A stretch of DNA of 38,914 bases from Verrucomicrobiota bacterium (GCA_031262805.1 JAISGX010000099.1:1-38914), one strand, 5' to 3'; counted from the stretch's first letter, positions 20,834 through 29,600 are shown. Numbers and translations are program-made. Notes: generated by a model from the letters alone, not told the origin.

Positions 20834-21991
20834 TTATTTTTCACTTGGGGTCAAAAGATTGGTATATCCTGCGTAAGTATAAACCTGTCTCCATTTCTTT
20901 TCACTGATATTTTTGACTATTCCCAAGGCTATCAGGCGATTAACCGCACTGATTGCCGTCGGCTTGGTAAAGCCGGTGCGTTTGGTTATTTCGGCAATCG
21001 TCAGCATCGGCTTTTGCTTGAACTCGTCCAATACCACGCCAACGGATTCACGGGCGCGGCCAATGCCTTTTACTCGCTCATCGTCCTCGGCAAACATTTT
21101 TTGGATTTTAAGCAGAGTGTTCTTTGCGTTCTGTGCCGTTTCCACCACGCCCTCTAAAAAGAAGCCGAGCCAGTCTTCCCAATCGCCAGTCTTGCGGATT
21201 TCGTCCAGCTTTTCATAATACAAATCACGATGTTTTTTAAAAAATAACGACAGATACAAAAATGGCGATTTTAAGAACCCACGCTCGCATAGATACAGCG
21301 TGATAAGCAATCGCCCCGTGCGGCCGTTGCCGTCCAAAAACGGGTGGATTGTTTCAAACTGTTGATGAACAAGGGCGGTTTTGACCAGCAAGGGAATTTT
21401 ATCCTCTTCATTATGCATAAAATTTTCCAAATCGCCCATTAAATCCAAAACTTTGTCAGGCGGAGCGGGAACAAACCGAGCCGTTGATGGACGCGTGCCG
21501 CCAATCCAATTTTGACTGGTGCGGAACTCGCCTGGTGTTTTGTTCTTACCTCGGGCGTTGGTCAGTAAAACCTTGTGGATTTCACGGATAAGGCGAAGCG
21601 AGAGCGGAAAGCCACCCTCAATGCGTTTTAAGCCGTGGTTGAGTGCCGCAACATAACTTGAAACCTCGGCAACATCTTCAATCGGCGTGCCAATTGCATC
21701 GCCGGATTCATAGCGGAGCAAGTCGTCAAGTGTTGATTGCGTGCCTTCGATTTGCGAGGACAGCACGGCCTCTTTGCGGACATACATATAGTTGATAATG
21801 CTCGGGTCGGGGGCATTTTGAACAACGCCGTTTAACTCGCCGATAGCCAAATTCGCTTTTTCCAGCCAATCGGAAATCGCCATCATATCAATGGCGGGAG
21901 TGGGTGGAAGGGCATTCGGGACATAGGCTTCGTATCGCTCGCCACCAACCAGCGATGATTTTATCAAAGTTCCTTGCAGTTTTCGCTTCAT
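20834..21991 (-). CDS. Fic family protein (class II, Fic_N + Fic + C-terminal HTH)
   Basis: Canonical HPFLDGNGRTGR motif; N-terminal inhibitory motif SSQIEG; C-terminal HTH (TIAEITKRTGFTKPTAISAVNRL). ATG at 21991. Confidence 0.95.
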   Translation of the reverse strand: MKRKLQGTLIKSSLVGGERYEAYVPNALPPTPAIDMMAISDWLEKANLAIGELNGVVQNAPDPSIINYMYVRKEAVLSSQIEGTQSTLDDLLRYESGDAIGTPIEDVAEVSSYVAALNHGLKRIEGGFPLSLRLIREIHKVLLTNARGKNKTPGEFRTSQNWIGGTRPSTARFVPAPPDKVLDLMGDLENFMHNEEDKIPLLVKTALVHQQFETIHPFLDGNGRTGRLLITLYLCERGFLKSPFLYLSLFFKKHRDLYYEKLDEIRKTGDWEDWLGFFLEGVVETAQNAKNTLLKIQKMFAEDDERVKGIGRARESVGVVLDEFKQKPMLTIAEITKRTGFTKPTAISAVNRLIALGIVKNISEKKWRQVYTYAGYTNLLTPSEK

Positions 21992-22082
21992 TTTGCACCT
22001 AAACGATTGTTTTACATTACAGGCATCTAACAACAAAAACTTTGACAAGCCCAGCAAAAAGTCAATGATTTATAACTAACTT

Positions 22083-22280
22083 TTACTTTTTATAAAAGAA
22101 AGTAAAGTTATTGAGGTTTTTAGGCTGGATTACTTCCTTTTTACCGGCATAACTAAACGCCGCGCCAAATCTTTTTGCATCAATTTTATGCACGGTATCG
22201 TGCGCTTTTTGACTGCTAAAAACTTGCAGATTGCTTGGCGAATTGTTCAGTTTGTTTCGGTCTTTATGATGAACAACTTC
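22083..22280 (-). pseudogene. 5'-truncated HNH endonuclease fragment
   Basis: Manual translation EVVHHKDRNKLNNSPSNLQVFSSQKAHDTVHKIDAKRFG... matches the HNH motif (VHHxDxNKxNNxxxNL...H). No start codon; cut at the 86-bp repeat. Confidence 0.8.
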
Positions 22281-22281
22281 G

Positions 22282-22509
22282 CACGGTTATAGATTCTACA
22301 ACCCCGAACTCGGAAGATGGATCAACCGGGATCCGATTGAGGAAGGTGTAAAGTTGAAGCCGCCCAAGAACTGGAACCGTCGTGGAATCGAGCACAACTT
22401 TCCCGGAATCGAACCGAATCTTTACCGGTTTGTTCGAAACAATGCGTTGCTCTTTCTTGATTCACAGGGATGGAAGCCCTTTTTGGATTGCGCGAAGGGG
22501 GCCAAATGA
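22282..22509 (+). pseudogene. RHS core C-terminal remnant without a toxin domain
   Basis: Frame reads [22 protein letters not shown]...EPNLYRFVRNNALLFLDSQGWKPFLDCAKGAK*, containing both RDP and NLYxFVxN...DxxG motifs. No start codon. Confidence 0.8.
22283..22368 (+). repeat. 86-bp perfect direct repeat, copy 2
   Basis: Identical to 20703-20788. Confidence 0.97.
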
Positions 22510-22894
22510 TGGCGCTCCAAACGCAGAGGTCCCGAATGAAAGCGGGCGGGCGCAGGTTCCTTCTGGGAGTTGTGGTGTGTGCGATAGGCGCGTTTGCCTA
22601 CGCTCATTTTGCATTGCTCGATGGAGTCCGCGGGCTTGTGTTGCCGCTCATCTTCAGAGATACTACGATTTATGCCGTTGGGTATGAGCAGAACACGTTC
22701 AAACATCTTCACATCGGCGTAAATACGAAAACCGTATTGCAAACTCTTGGTCGCCCTTGGAGGAGGACGAATGTAACGGGCAGCAACGCTGGCGCTACAC
22801 TAAAAGCCGCTTGGATTCCCATTATCGCGTTCGGCAAATCACCATGAAGAACGGCTTGGTTGTCTCAAAGCAAAGTTACTTTGGGGTGGATTGA
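22506..22894 (+). pseudogene. Frameshifted membrane-anchored SmpA/BamE-like protein, possible orphan RHS immunity gene
   Basis: The ATG overlaps the RHS remnant stop. TM segment, then F..LHIGVNTKTVLQTLGRP. A 1-nt shift near 22755 restores EEDECNGQQRWRYTKSRLDSHYRVRQITMKNGLVVSKQSYFGVD*. Confidence 0.6.
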
Positions 22895-22932
22895 CGTGGG
22901 GGGCAACGATATCATATCGGCTCTAGATGCCA

Positions 22933-23006
22933 TGGGCCCTGCAGGACTTGAACCTGCGACCAAAAGATTATGAGTCTTCCGCTCTGACCAACTGAGCTAA
23001 GGGCCC
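22933..23006 (-). tRNA. tRNA-Ile2 (anticodon CAT, lysidine-modified); CCA not encoded
   Basis: Cloverleaf GGGCCCT-TA-GCTC-AGTTGGTCA-GAGC-G-GAAGA-CTCATAA-TCTTT-TGGTC-GCAGG-TTCAAGT-CCTGC-AGGGCCC-A. G1:C72 is paired and there is no GGG/CCC anticodon stem, so it is not fMet. C4:G69 and C5:G68 are TilS determinants. Confidence 0.93.
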
Positions 23007-23112
23007 GTCAAGGGATGGATAATGCCGTGGCCCTCTTGGAAAAACAAGTTTTTCCGTTCCGCAGAACAGAATCCAGCGGCTTCTCCCACGGCAGAGACCG
23101 GCCATGGGGGGA

Positions 23113-23811
23113 TCAAGGTCCCGGCGGTGAAACGGGAGGGAGGGCCCCATCCTTCCCGCGCTTGAATTCCATGGCTTTCACCAGCAGGTCGGCAAGGGAG
23201 TTGCAACCCAGCTTGCGACGGATGTTCACGCGGTGGACATCCACCGTGCGGCCGCTCAATCCAAACTTTTCCGCAATTTCACGGGTGATCAGGCCATCGC
23301 CGATGGCATACAGGATTTCGCTTTCGCGTGCGGTGAGATGGGCGAAGTCCCCGCTGGCCTTTCCCTCCTCCAACGCTGCCGCAGCATCTACGCGGAGGGG
23401 TTTCACGGTGGGGCGCAGATAGATACGGCCGCAAAGGACCGTCTGGAGGGCCTGCACTAGGGTTTCCTCCGCCTGGTCCTTCATCACATAGCCTTGCGCC
23501 CCGGCTTGCAGGGCCTTTTCGGCATAGAGGGATTCGTCGTGCATGGAAAGAACCAGGATGTTCCCCGTAAACCCGCCCCGGCGGACTTCACGGATCCAAT
23601 CCAATCCGCTTTTGTCGCGAAGGGAGAGATCCAAAACCACGCAATCGGGAGCCACCTCCGACAACCGGGCTAGCGCCTCTTCATAGGTGCCTGCCTCGCC
23701 GGCCACGGTGAACGCCTCCTCCCGCGCCAGCAGGGCGGCCAGTCCCTGCCGGACAATGGCATGGTCGTCCACCAAAAACAACCGGGCCGCAACAGGAGGT
23801 GCGGAATCCAT
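23113..23811 (-). CDS. NarL/LuxR-family DNA-binding response regulator
   Basis: Motifs LVDDH, VLDLSL, LSMH, GYVMK; HTH LTARESEIL...TVDVHRVNIRRKLG. Confidence 0.95.
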   Translation of the reverse strand: MDSAPPVAARLFLVDDHAIVRQGLAALLAREEAFTVAGEAGTYEEALARLSEVAPDCVVLDLSLRDKSGLDWIREVRRGGFTGNILVLSMHDESLYAEKALQAGAQGYVMKDQAEETLVQALQTVLCGRIYLRPTVKPLRVDAAAALEEGKASGDFAHLTARESEILYAIGDGLITREIAEKFGLSGRTVDVHRVNIRRKLGCNSLADLLVKAMEFKRGKDGALPPVSPPGP

Positions 23812-23817
23812 ATCGGC

Positions 23818-24819
23818 CTACCAGTCCCGCTCTGCGCGCAAATCGCGATTCATCAGTTCCAACACGGCAGTCGAAGGCGTTTTTCGGCCGTCCAGGATGG
23901 CTTCCACCTGGTCCATCACCGGGGTCGCCACCTGATGGGCGCGGGCCAGCGCCAATGCGTTTGGGCAGGTGCATACGCCTTCGGCCACTTGTTCCATGCC
24001 GTTTAAAATCTCCGCTAGGGATTCTCCGCGTCCCAAACGTTCGCCCACGCAGCGGTTTCGGCTCTGCAGACTCATGCAGGTCACCATCAAATCCCCAAGG
24101 CCGCTTAATCCATAAAAGGTTTCGGGATGCGCCCCCAAGGCCACGCCCAAACGAGCCATTTCCGCCAAGCCGCGCGTCACGAGCGCCGCTTTGGCATTCT
24201 GTCCAAAGCCGAGGCCATCGCAAACACCGGCGGCCAGGGCGATCACATTCTTCAACGCGCCGCCCAATTCCACACCACACACATCTTCGCTGGTATAGGC
24301 CCGGAAGGTCTCGCCGCCAAAACAATTCTGGAACCAGCGGGCCGTGGCCTCCTCCCGGCAGGCAATGGTGACGGCAGTTGGCACACCGCGGGCGGTTTCC
24401 GGCGCAATGCTGGGTCCCGACAAGGCGGCAGGAGCCGCCACACCCCAGCAATCGGAAATCAATTCCGTCATCCGTTCCCGGGTGGATTCATCCAATCCCT
24501 TGGTGGCGCTCACCACCGGCAACGCGGCATGCCGACTCCAAGCCGGACGGAACCGCTCCAGGGTCGTGCGCATGTATTTTGACGGCACCACCAGCACCAC
24601 GGCTTCGCTGCCCGCCAGCACCTCTTCCGGATCCGCCGTCCAGTCAATGGTCGGGGGCAGGTCCACCCCGCGGAGGAATTTTTCGTTTCGTCCGGTGTCC
24701 CGAATCTGCCGGATATAGGCGGCATCCGGCCCCCACACATGGGGCCGGTGTCCATTCCGCGCTAGGGTCAGGGCCAAAGCGGTCCCCCAGCCGCCGTCAC
24801 CTATTACACTGATTCTCAT
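23818..24819 (-). CDS. gpsA: NAD(P)H-dependent glycerol-3-phosphate dehydrogenase
   Basis: Motifs GDGGWGTALA, ATKG, LSGPS, GGALKNVIA, GLGDL..TC..SRN, VAEG. ATG at 24819 overlaps the metA stop. Confidence 0.97.
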   Translation of the reverse strand: MRISVIGDGGWGTALALTLARNGHRPHVWGPDAAYIRQIRDTGRNEKFLRGVDLPPTIDWTADPEEVLAGSEAVVLVVPSKYMRTTLERFRPAWSRHAALPVVSATKGLDESTRERMTELISDCWGVAAPAALSGPSIAPETARGVPTAVTIACREEATARWFQNCFGGETFRAYTSEDVCGVELGGALKNVIALAAGVCDGLGFGQNAKAALVTRGLAEMARLGVALGAHPETFYGLSGLGDLMVTCMSLQSRNRCVGERLGRGESLAEILNGMEQVAEGVCTCPNALALARAHQVATPVMDQVEAILDGRKTPSTAVLELMNRDLRAERDW

Positions 24820-25775
24820 TGCGCTCCCTTTTCGATATCCACCACAATTTCGTTGGATTCCGTTGGAACATCCGCGCCTTTGGCATACGGCGTGCGTAAA
24901 TACACATTCTTGATCCAAGCATTGAAAAACTCGTTGCGGTTGGCCCGCCAGTTGTTGATGGGATGCACCGGGTCCAGATTCTCCAACGGGCCGACATCCG
25001 CCCGGCCTTTTTCGCGGTCACGCGCCGCTTCCTTCAACAGGCGGGAGGAATTGTATTCCTGATGGCCCAGGTGCATCATAAACTGGCTTTCCGGGGTTTC
25101 GAAAATGACGTAGCCGCCTTTTTCCGCCTGGGCCAGCAGGCGGATTCGTCCGGCGGCGGCTTCGGCTTCCAGCACCGCATCCTCAATACCCGAGTGACGA
25201 CTTTGGGGGCACCAGAATACATCATCGAGGCCACCCATGATGGCATGGTCGGGCACCAGATTCCGGGTGGGATACACGCCGAACACTTTTTCGGGATACA
25301 TCACTTTATCAATGCCCAGATACTTGGCGAGGGCCAACCCGCCCCAACAGATGCCCAGAATTTGCGTGCCCGAGCGTTTGGCGGCATCGATGATGTGATA
25401 CAGTTCCGTCCAATAGGTGATTTCTTCCCACGCCAGGTGCTCCACGGGCGCGCCGGTGACGATCAAGCCATCCAGCGCGGCCACGGACTGCGCCCAGTCG
25501 AATGGGATATAGTGCTTGTCCAGATAGGCGTGGTCCGACGAGCTGTATTCATGCGTGTTCAGCCGGATCCAAACGGGGATGATCTGCAGGATGCTACGCC
25601 CCATGGGGGCCAGCAGATTAAATTCATAGTCTTCGGCCCGGGGCATGATGTTCAAAACACCGATGCGAAGGGGGCGAATATCCTGATGTTCTGCGGCCTC
25701 CTCGCTCAGCCATGTCACATGGTGTTGATCGAACAGCGGTTTCAGCCGATGATTGGGTGATAGTCGAATCGTCAC
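24816..25775 (-). CDS. metA: Homoserine O-acyltransferase, MetA family (probably acetyl-CoA-using)
   Basis: Motifs QDIRPLRI..LNIMP, TGAPVE, ICWG (catalytic Cys), PQSRH, GHQEY. Confidence 0.93.
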   Translation of the reverse strand: MTIRLSPNHRLKPLFDQHHVTWLSEEAAEHQDIRPLRIGVLNIMPRAEDYEFNLLAPMGRSILQIIPVWIRLNTHEYSSSDHAYLDKHYIPFDWAQSVAALDGLIVTGAPVEHLAWEEITYWTELYHIIDAAKRSGTQILGICWGGLALAKYLGIDKVMYPEKVFGVYPTRNLVPDHAIMGGLDDVFWCPQSRHSGIEDAVLEAEAAAGRIRLLAQAEKGGYVIFETPESQFMMHLGHQEYNSSRLLKEAARDREKGRADVGPLENLDPVHPINNWRANRNEFFNAWIKNVYLRTPYAKGADVPTESNEIVVDIEKGAQ

Positions 25776-25875
25776 GTTTGCTTCCTAACTCAAGCCGACA
25801 TTTTGCCACCGTGCAGGCGGGGGTGTCCATTCCTTTCCCCCGGCGGGCCGCGGCCATCCGCGCCCGGCGAAGGCC

Positions 25876-27369
25876 CTAAAAATACAAATCCCGCTCACCC
25901 GCCTCAATCCGGCGGTAGGTCTCGGAAAAGACGTCCCACACCTGGGGTTGACGGGTCTGTATTTCCGCCAGTTCCTTCTGTAGCAGGGCCTGGCCCACCG
26001 CCTGGGTGGCGGGGGTGGCGAAATCGTCCAGCCACTCCTTGAAGGTCAACACGGCATTCAGCTTGCAGAACTTGCCTTCGGCGCCCGAGCGCAACAGGTC
26101 CATGATGCATTTTCCGGTGCGGCCGCAACGGTATCCCGCCGTGCAGAAACTGGTGATGCTTCCCATTTGCGCCCATTCCCGGATCACGTCGTCCAACCCA
26201 CGCGGATCGCCCAGCACGAATTGCTGGCGTTCCTCCCGCTGGTTTTCCTGCCCATCGGCATAGGCGCCCACCCCGACGTTGGAAGCGGCATCCATCTGAG
26301 TGACCCCCAGCGGCAGCAGACGGCGGCGCATGGCGGGCGATTCACGCGCCGTGATGATTAAACCGGCATAGGGAACGGCCAGCCGGCCCAGCACCACGAT
26401 TTTCTCGAAATCCTCGTCGCTCACTCTCCAGGTGGGCGCATCCACAAACGGCGTATTGACGGCCGGTTCCAGACGCGGAAACGACAAGGTATGCGGACCG
26501 ATGCCGCAAAAACGTTCCATTTCCAACACATGCGCCTGCTGGGCGAGCAACTCAAAGCGCCAATCCGACAGGCCGTAGAGCACGCCGATGCCGTTGTCGT
26601 CAATGCCGGCTTCCTGGGCGCGGTGCATGGCATACAGCCGCCAGCGGAAATTCCCCTTGAGTGTCGCAGCAGGATGCAACTGGGCATAGGCCCGGCGGTC
26701 GTAGGTTTCCTGAAAAACCTGGAATGTGCCCAACCCGCATTCCGCCAGCATCTTCAATTCCGCCACGGACATGGGCGCAGCATTCACATTCACCCGCCGG
26801 ATCTGGCCGATGCCCTTCCGGGCCGGCACCCGCACATCGTAAACCGTGCGGATGCTCTCCGCCATATATTCCACGCCGGATTCCGGATGCTCGCCATAGA
26901 CCACGATCAACCGCTTGTGCCCCAGCCGACCGGCCAGCGCTTCCGTCTCCCGCCGCACCTCCTCCTGCGAAAGCACCCGCCGCACCACGGCCTCGTTGGA
27001 GCTACGCAAACCGCAATACAGGCAGTTGTTCACGCATTTGCTGCTCAGGTACAAGGGCGCGAAGGTGACCATGCGGTTGTCGTACACCTTGTGCTTGACC
27101 TCCCCGGCCGCCGCACGCATTTCCTCCCACAGCGCGGGGCTCTCCACTCGCATCAGGACCGAAAGCTCCGCCGGGCTCAACGTCTGAATCTCTAGGGCCT
27201 TCGCGATCAATTCGCGCACCTGCGTGGCATCCGGCGTCCCCCGCAAGCGCAACAAATCCCGAATGGAGGCGTCGTCCACATAATCCCGGCCGTCGTCGCG
27301 GATATACTTGTCGATTTCAGCCTGAACGATGCGTTCGCGCACCCACTGTTGCTTTTCCTGTGTCCTCAT
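25876..27369 (-). CDS. hydG: [FeFe]-hydrogenase H-cluster radical SAM maturase HydG
   Basis: FAPLYLSSKCVNNCLYC (CX3CX2C), RVNVN, FQETY, GPHTLSFPR, C-terminal CX5CX19C auxiliary-cluster motif, GERDLYF end. Confidence 0.93.
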   Translation of the reverse strand: MRTQEKQQWVRERIVQAEIDKYIRDDGRDYVDDASIRDLLRLRGTPDATQVRELIAKALEIQTLSPAELSVLMRVESPALWEEMRAAAGEVKHKVYDNRMVTFAPLYLSSKCVNNCLYCGLRSSNEAVVRRVLSQEEVRRETEALAGRLGHKRLIVVYGEHPESGVEYMAESIRTVYDVRVPARKGIGQIRRVNVNAAPMSVAELKMLAECGLGTFQVFQETYDRRAYAQLHPAATLKGNFRWRLYAMHRAQEAGIDDNGIGVLYGLSDWRFELLAQQAHVLEMERFCGIGPHTLSFPRLEPAVNTPFVDAPTWRVSDEDFEKIVVLGRLAVPYAGLIITARESPAMRRRLLPLGVTQMDAASNVGVGAYADGQENQREERQQFVLGDPRGLDDVIREWAQMGSITSFCTAGYRCGRTGKCIMDLLRSGAEGKFCKLNAVLTFKEWLDDFATPATQAVGQALLQKELAEIQTRQPQVWDVFSETYRRIEAGERDLYF

Positions 27370-27594
27370 CAATCTTCAACCGGTCCTTGCTGCTCCGCGT
27401 GCATCTGCTGATCCACGCCAGCCCTCCCACTCCTGCAGGGAAGGCCTCCGAAGTCTTCCCTATTTCTACACCAGTTGCCGCGAATTCTCAACCGTGCACT
27501 GTTTTCTTTGCCAAGCTCTCCGTTTTCGGGTTGCGACGCCTTCGTGCGAACGGTAACATGCGATCACAAATCACCCGTAAACGAGGATTTCATT

Positions 27595-28587
27595 ATGACC
27601 GAACCCATGAATGCCCCAGTGGAGCGGCAGGAGCCGGATGTGTTGCCGCCGGAAAGTGGCGAAACCCTGCCGGTGCCGCCGCCGGTGCCCGCCCAAAAGC
27701 CTGGTTTTCTCCGCCGCCTATTCACCTCCCGGAAGAAACAGCAGGCCGTCGCCGTTCAAAACGGCTATCTGGAAATGGTGGACCTGATCCGGGCCATTCG
27801 CTCCCACCTGGACCGGCAGGAGGCCGTCCAAACCTCCGTCCTGTCCATGCTGGAAAAAGTGCCCGGTACCATGGACCGCCAGAACGAGGTGATGAACCTC
27901 TTCAAGCAACAGCTTGAAAACAATATGGAAAACGACCAGCGCCTCACGGAAAATATGGGCAAGCTCAATTCCACGCTCTCCTCCATGGATGAATCCCAAC
28001 GGGCTTCCGCCCATACCATCACGGATTTGATCCACCGTTCCCGTGAATCCGAACAGTTGCTCCGCGAGGTGATGCGCCGAGCGGAACGCCGCATGACGGT
28101 GTTGATGGTGCTCTTCCTCCTGTTGAGCATCGCGGCGGGGTTTTATTTTTTCCGCCTGCAAAAGGCCGCCGCTCCTGTGGTTCCCGCAGAGGTTGAAGCC
28201 GTCGTCTTGGAGGCGGCTTCGATGTCGGCGCCGGAAGAGGCCCCTCGCAAGGAGACGCCCACCGAGACCGCCGAACTGGCGGACGAGGTTGAAAGCCATG
28301 AGTTGACGGTCGTGGAGGAAATGCCCGAACCACCTGTGGCCACCTCCATGAACCAGCCGCCGCCAAAGCCGGAGCCCACGGCATCCGCCATACGGAAAAG
28401 CGCGGGAAAAAACAAAAAGGCCGCACCGGTCAAAAACGAGAACCCCAAGCAACCGCACAAACGGAAAGCGGCGAACTCCGCGCCGAGCGAGACGGCCGAC
28501 GAGCCGTCCACCTTGGATTTGACCCGGCAGGCCATCGGCGCCTCCGCTTCCGCCCCGGAGTCCGGCGCCCCCGTCTCCGTCCCATGA
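27595..28587 (+). CDS. Hypothetical coiled-coil membrane protein with a low-complexity C-terminus
   Basis: ATG at 27595 after GAGG; coiled-coil-like region, one TM helix (VLMVLFLLLSIAAGFYFF), Pro/Ala/Glu/Lys-rich tail; ATGA overlap with the next gene. Confidence 0.75.
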   Translation: MTEPMNAPVERQEPDVLPPESGETLPVPPPVPAQKPGFLRRLFTSRKKQQAVAVQNGYLEMVDLIRAIRSHLDRQEAVQTSVLSMLEKVPGTMDRQNEVMNLFKQQLENNMENDQRLTENMGKLNSTLSSMDESQRASAHTITDLIHRSRESEQLLREVMRRAERRMTVLMVLFLLLSIAAGFYFFRLQKAAAPVVPAEVEAVVLEAASMSAPEEAPRKETPTETAELADEVESHELTVVEEMPEPPVATSMNQPPPKPEPTASAIRKSAGKNKKAAPVKNENPKQPHKRKAANSAPSETADEPSTLDLTRQAIGASASAPESGAPVSVP

Positions 28588-29591
28588 CGGCGCGCCGCCT
28601 TCCGGAACCGGAAGTGGACCTGTTTTGCTACGAAGCCTTCGCCGAAGAGGCGGAACGTCTGGTTCATCACGCCCATGCGGCCGGCATCCGGCTGGGGCAT
28701 ACCCCCGCCACCCTCCAAGAGGCCGGCCATACAGCGCCGCCCGCCGCCTGCATCAGCATCCGCACCCAATCCCTCCTGCCTGTGGAATGGGCTCCTCATT
28801 TGCAGGGCATTCTGTCGCGTTCCACCGGCTATGACCATCTGAGCGCCTACCAAGCGGCGGTGCAGACCCCGCCCCGGCTGGGCTATCTCCCCTTGTATTG
28901 CGCTCGCTCCGTCGCCGAGCAGGCCATGCTGCTATGGACCGCTCTTTGGCGACGGCTTCCCGCCCAGACCCAGCACTTCCTGTCCTTTGACCGCGACGGT
29001 CTGAGCGGACGGGAAATCCAGGGCCGACGCTTGGCCCTCTTCGGCGTGGGCCACATTGGATATGAAATCCACCGCATCGCCACGGCATTGGGCATGCACG
29101 TGAAAGCGGTGGACCCTGTCCGCCGATATGCGGATGTCGCCTATGCCTCCGCCGAGGAGGCGCTGGAGGATGCCGAAGGAATCGTCTGCGCTATGAACCT
29201 CACGGCCGAAAACCACGGCTATTTCACGCTGGAGCGCCTGGCCCAGGCCAGGCGCAAGCCGCTACTGGTGAACATTGCGCGTGGCGAACTCACGCCGGCC
29301 ACGGTTCTGCGCCAAGCGCTGGAAAAGGGGCTGCTTTCCGGCATCGGCCTGGATGTATACAACGAAGAAGCGTCCCTGGCGGACGGCCTACGGGCCGGAA
29401 CAACCGAGGCGTTCACCGCAGACAACCGCGCCCTGCTATGGCTACAGCAGCAACCGGAATGTCTCTGCACCCCCCACAATGCCTTCAACACCGTGGAGGC
29501 CGTGGAACGCAAGTCGGAACAAACCATCCGCACGTTCCTGCAGTTCCAAAAAAACGGCGCCTTCCTGTGGCCGGTCCCCGGCTCACCCTGA
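28584..29591 (+). CDS. D-isomer-specific 2-hydroxyacid dehydrogenase (D-lactate dehydrogenase-like)
   Basis: Motifs RSTGYDH, SVAEQA, GVGHIG, NIARG, LDVYNEE, TPHNAFNT. Confidence 0.92.
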   Translation: MTARRLPEPEVDLFCYEAFAEEAERLVHHAHAAGIRLGHTPATLQEAGHTAPPAACISIRTQSLLPVEWAPHLQGILSRSTGYDHLSAYQAAVQTPPRLGYLPLYCARSVAEQAMLLWTALWRRLPAQTQHFLSFDRDGLSGREIQGRRLALFGVGHIGYEIHRIATALGMHVKAVDPVRRYADVAYASAEEALEDAEGIVCAMNLTAENHGYFTLERLAQARRKPLLVNIARGELTPATVLRQALEKGLLSGIGLDVYNEEASLADGLRAGTTEAFTADNRALLWLQQQPECLCTPHNAFNTVEAVERKSEQTIRTFLQFQKNGAFLWPVPGSP

Positions 29592-29600
29592 GCCGCGCCT

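Larger units (their letters stand above)
13752..22932. mobile_element. Putative defence genomic island at the 3' end of tRNA-Ile2 (no integrase present)
   Basis: Visible switch to AT-richer sequence and different codon use; R-M, fic and RHS remnants; abuts the tRNA 3' end. Boundaries are approximate. Confidence 0.7.

Noticed and set aside
20703-22368. 86-bp repeats as a CRISPR array, IS ends or integron attC sites
   Set aside because: Only two copies, direct rather than inverted, not palindromic, no cas, transposase or integrase; they translate as an RHS core motif.
22933-23006. tRNA-Met (initiator or elongator) call from the CAT anticodon
   Set aside because: Lacks initiator features; acceptor-stem and anticodon-loop features fit tRNA-Ile2 better, though elongator Met is not fully excluded.
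25876-27369. ThiH (tyrosine lyase) call
   Set aside because: Length and the C-terminal auxiliary Fe-S motif indicate HydG; no thi genes nearby.
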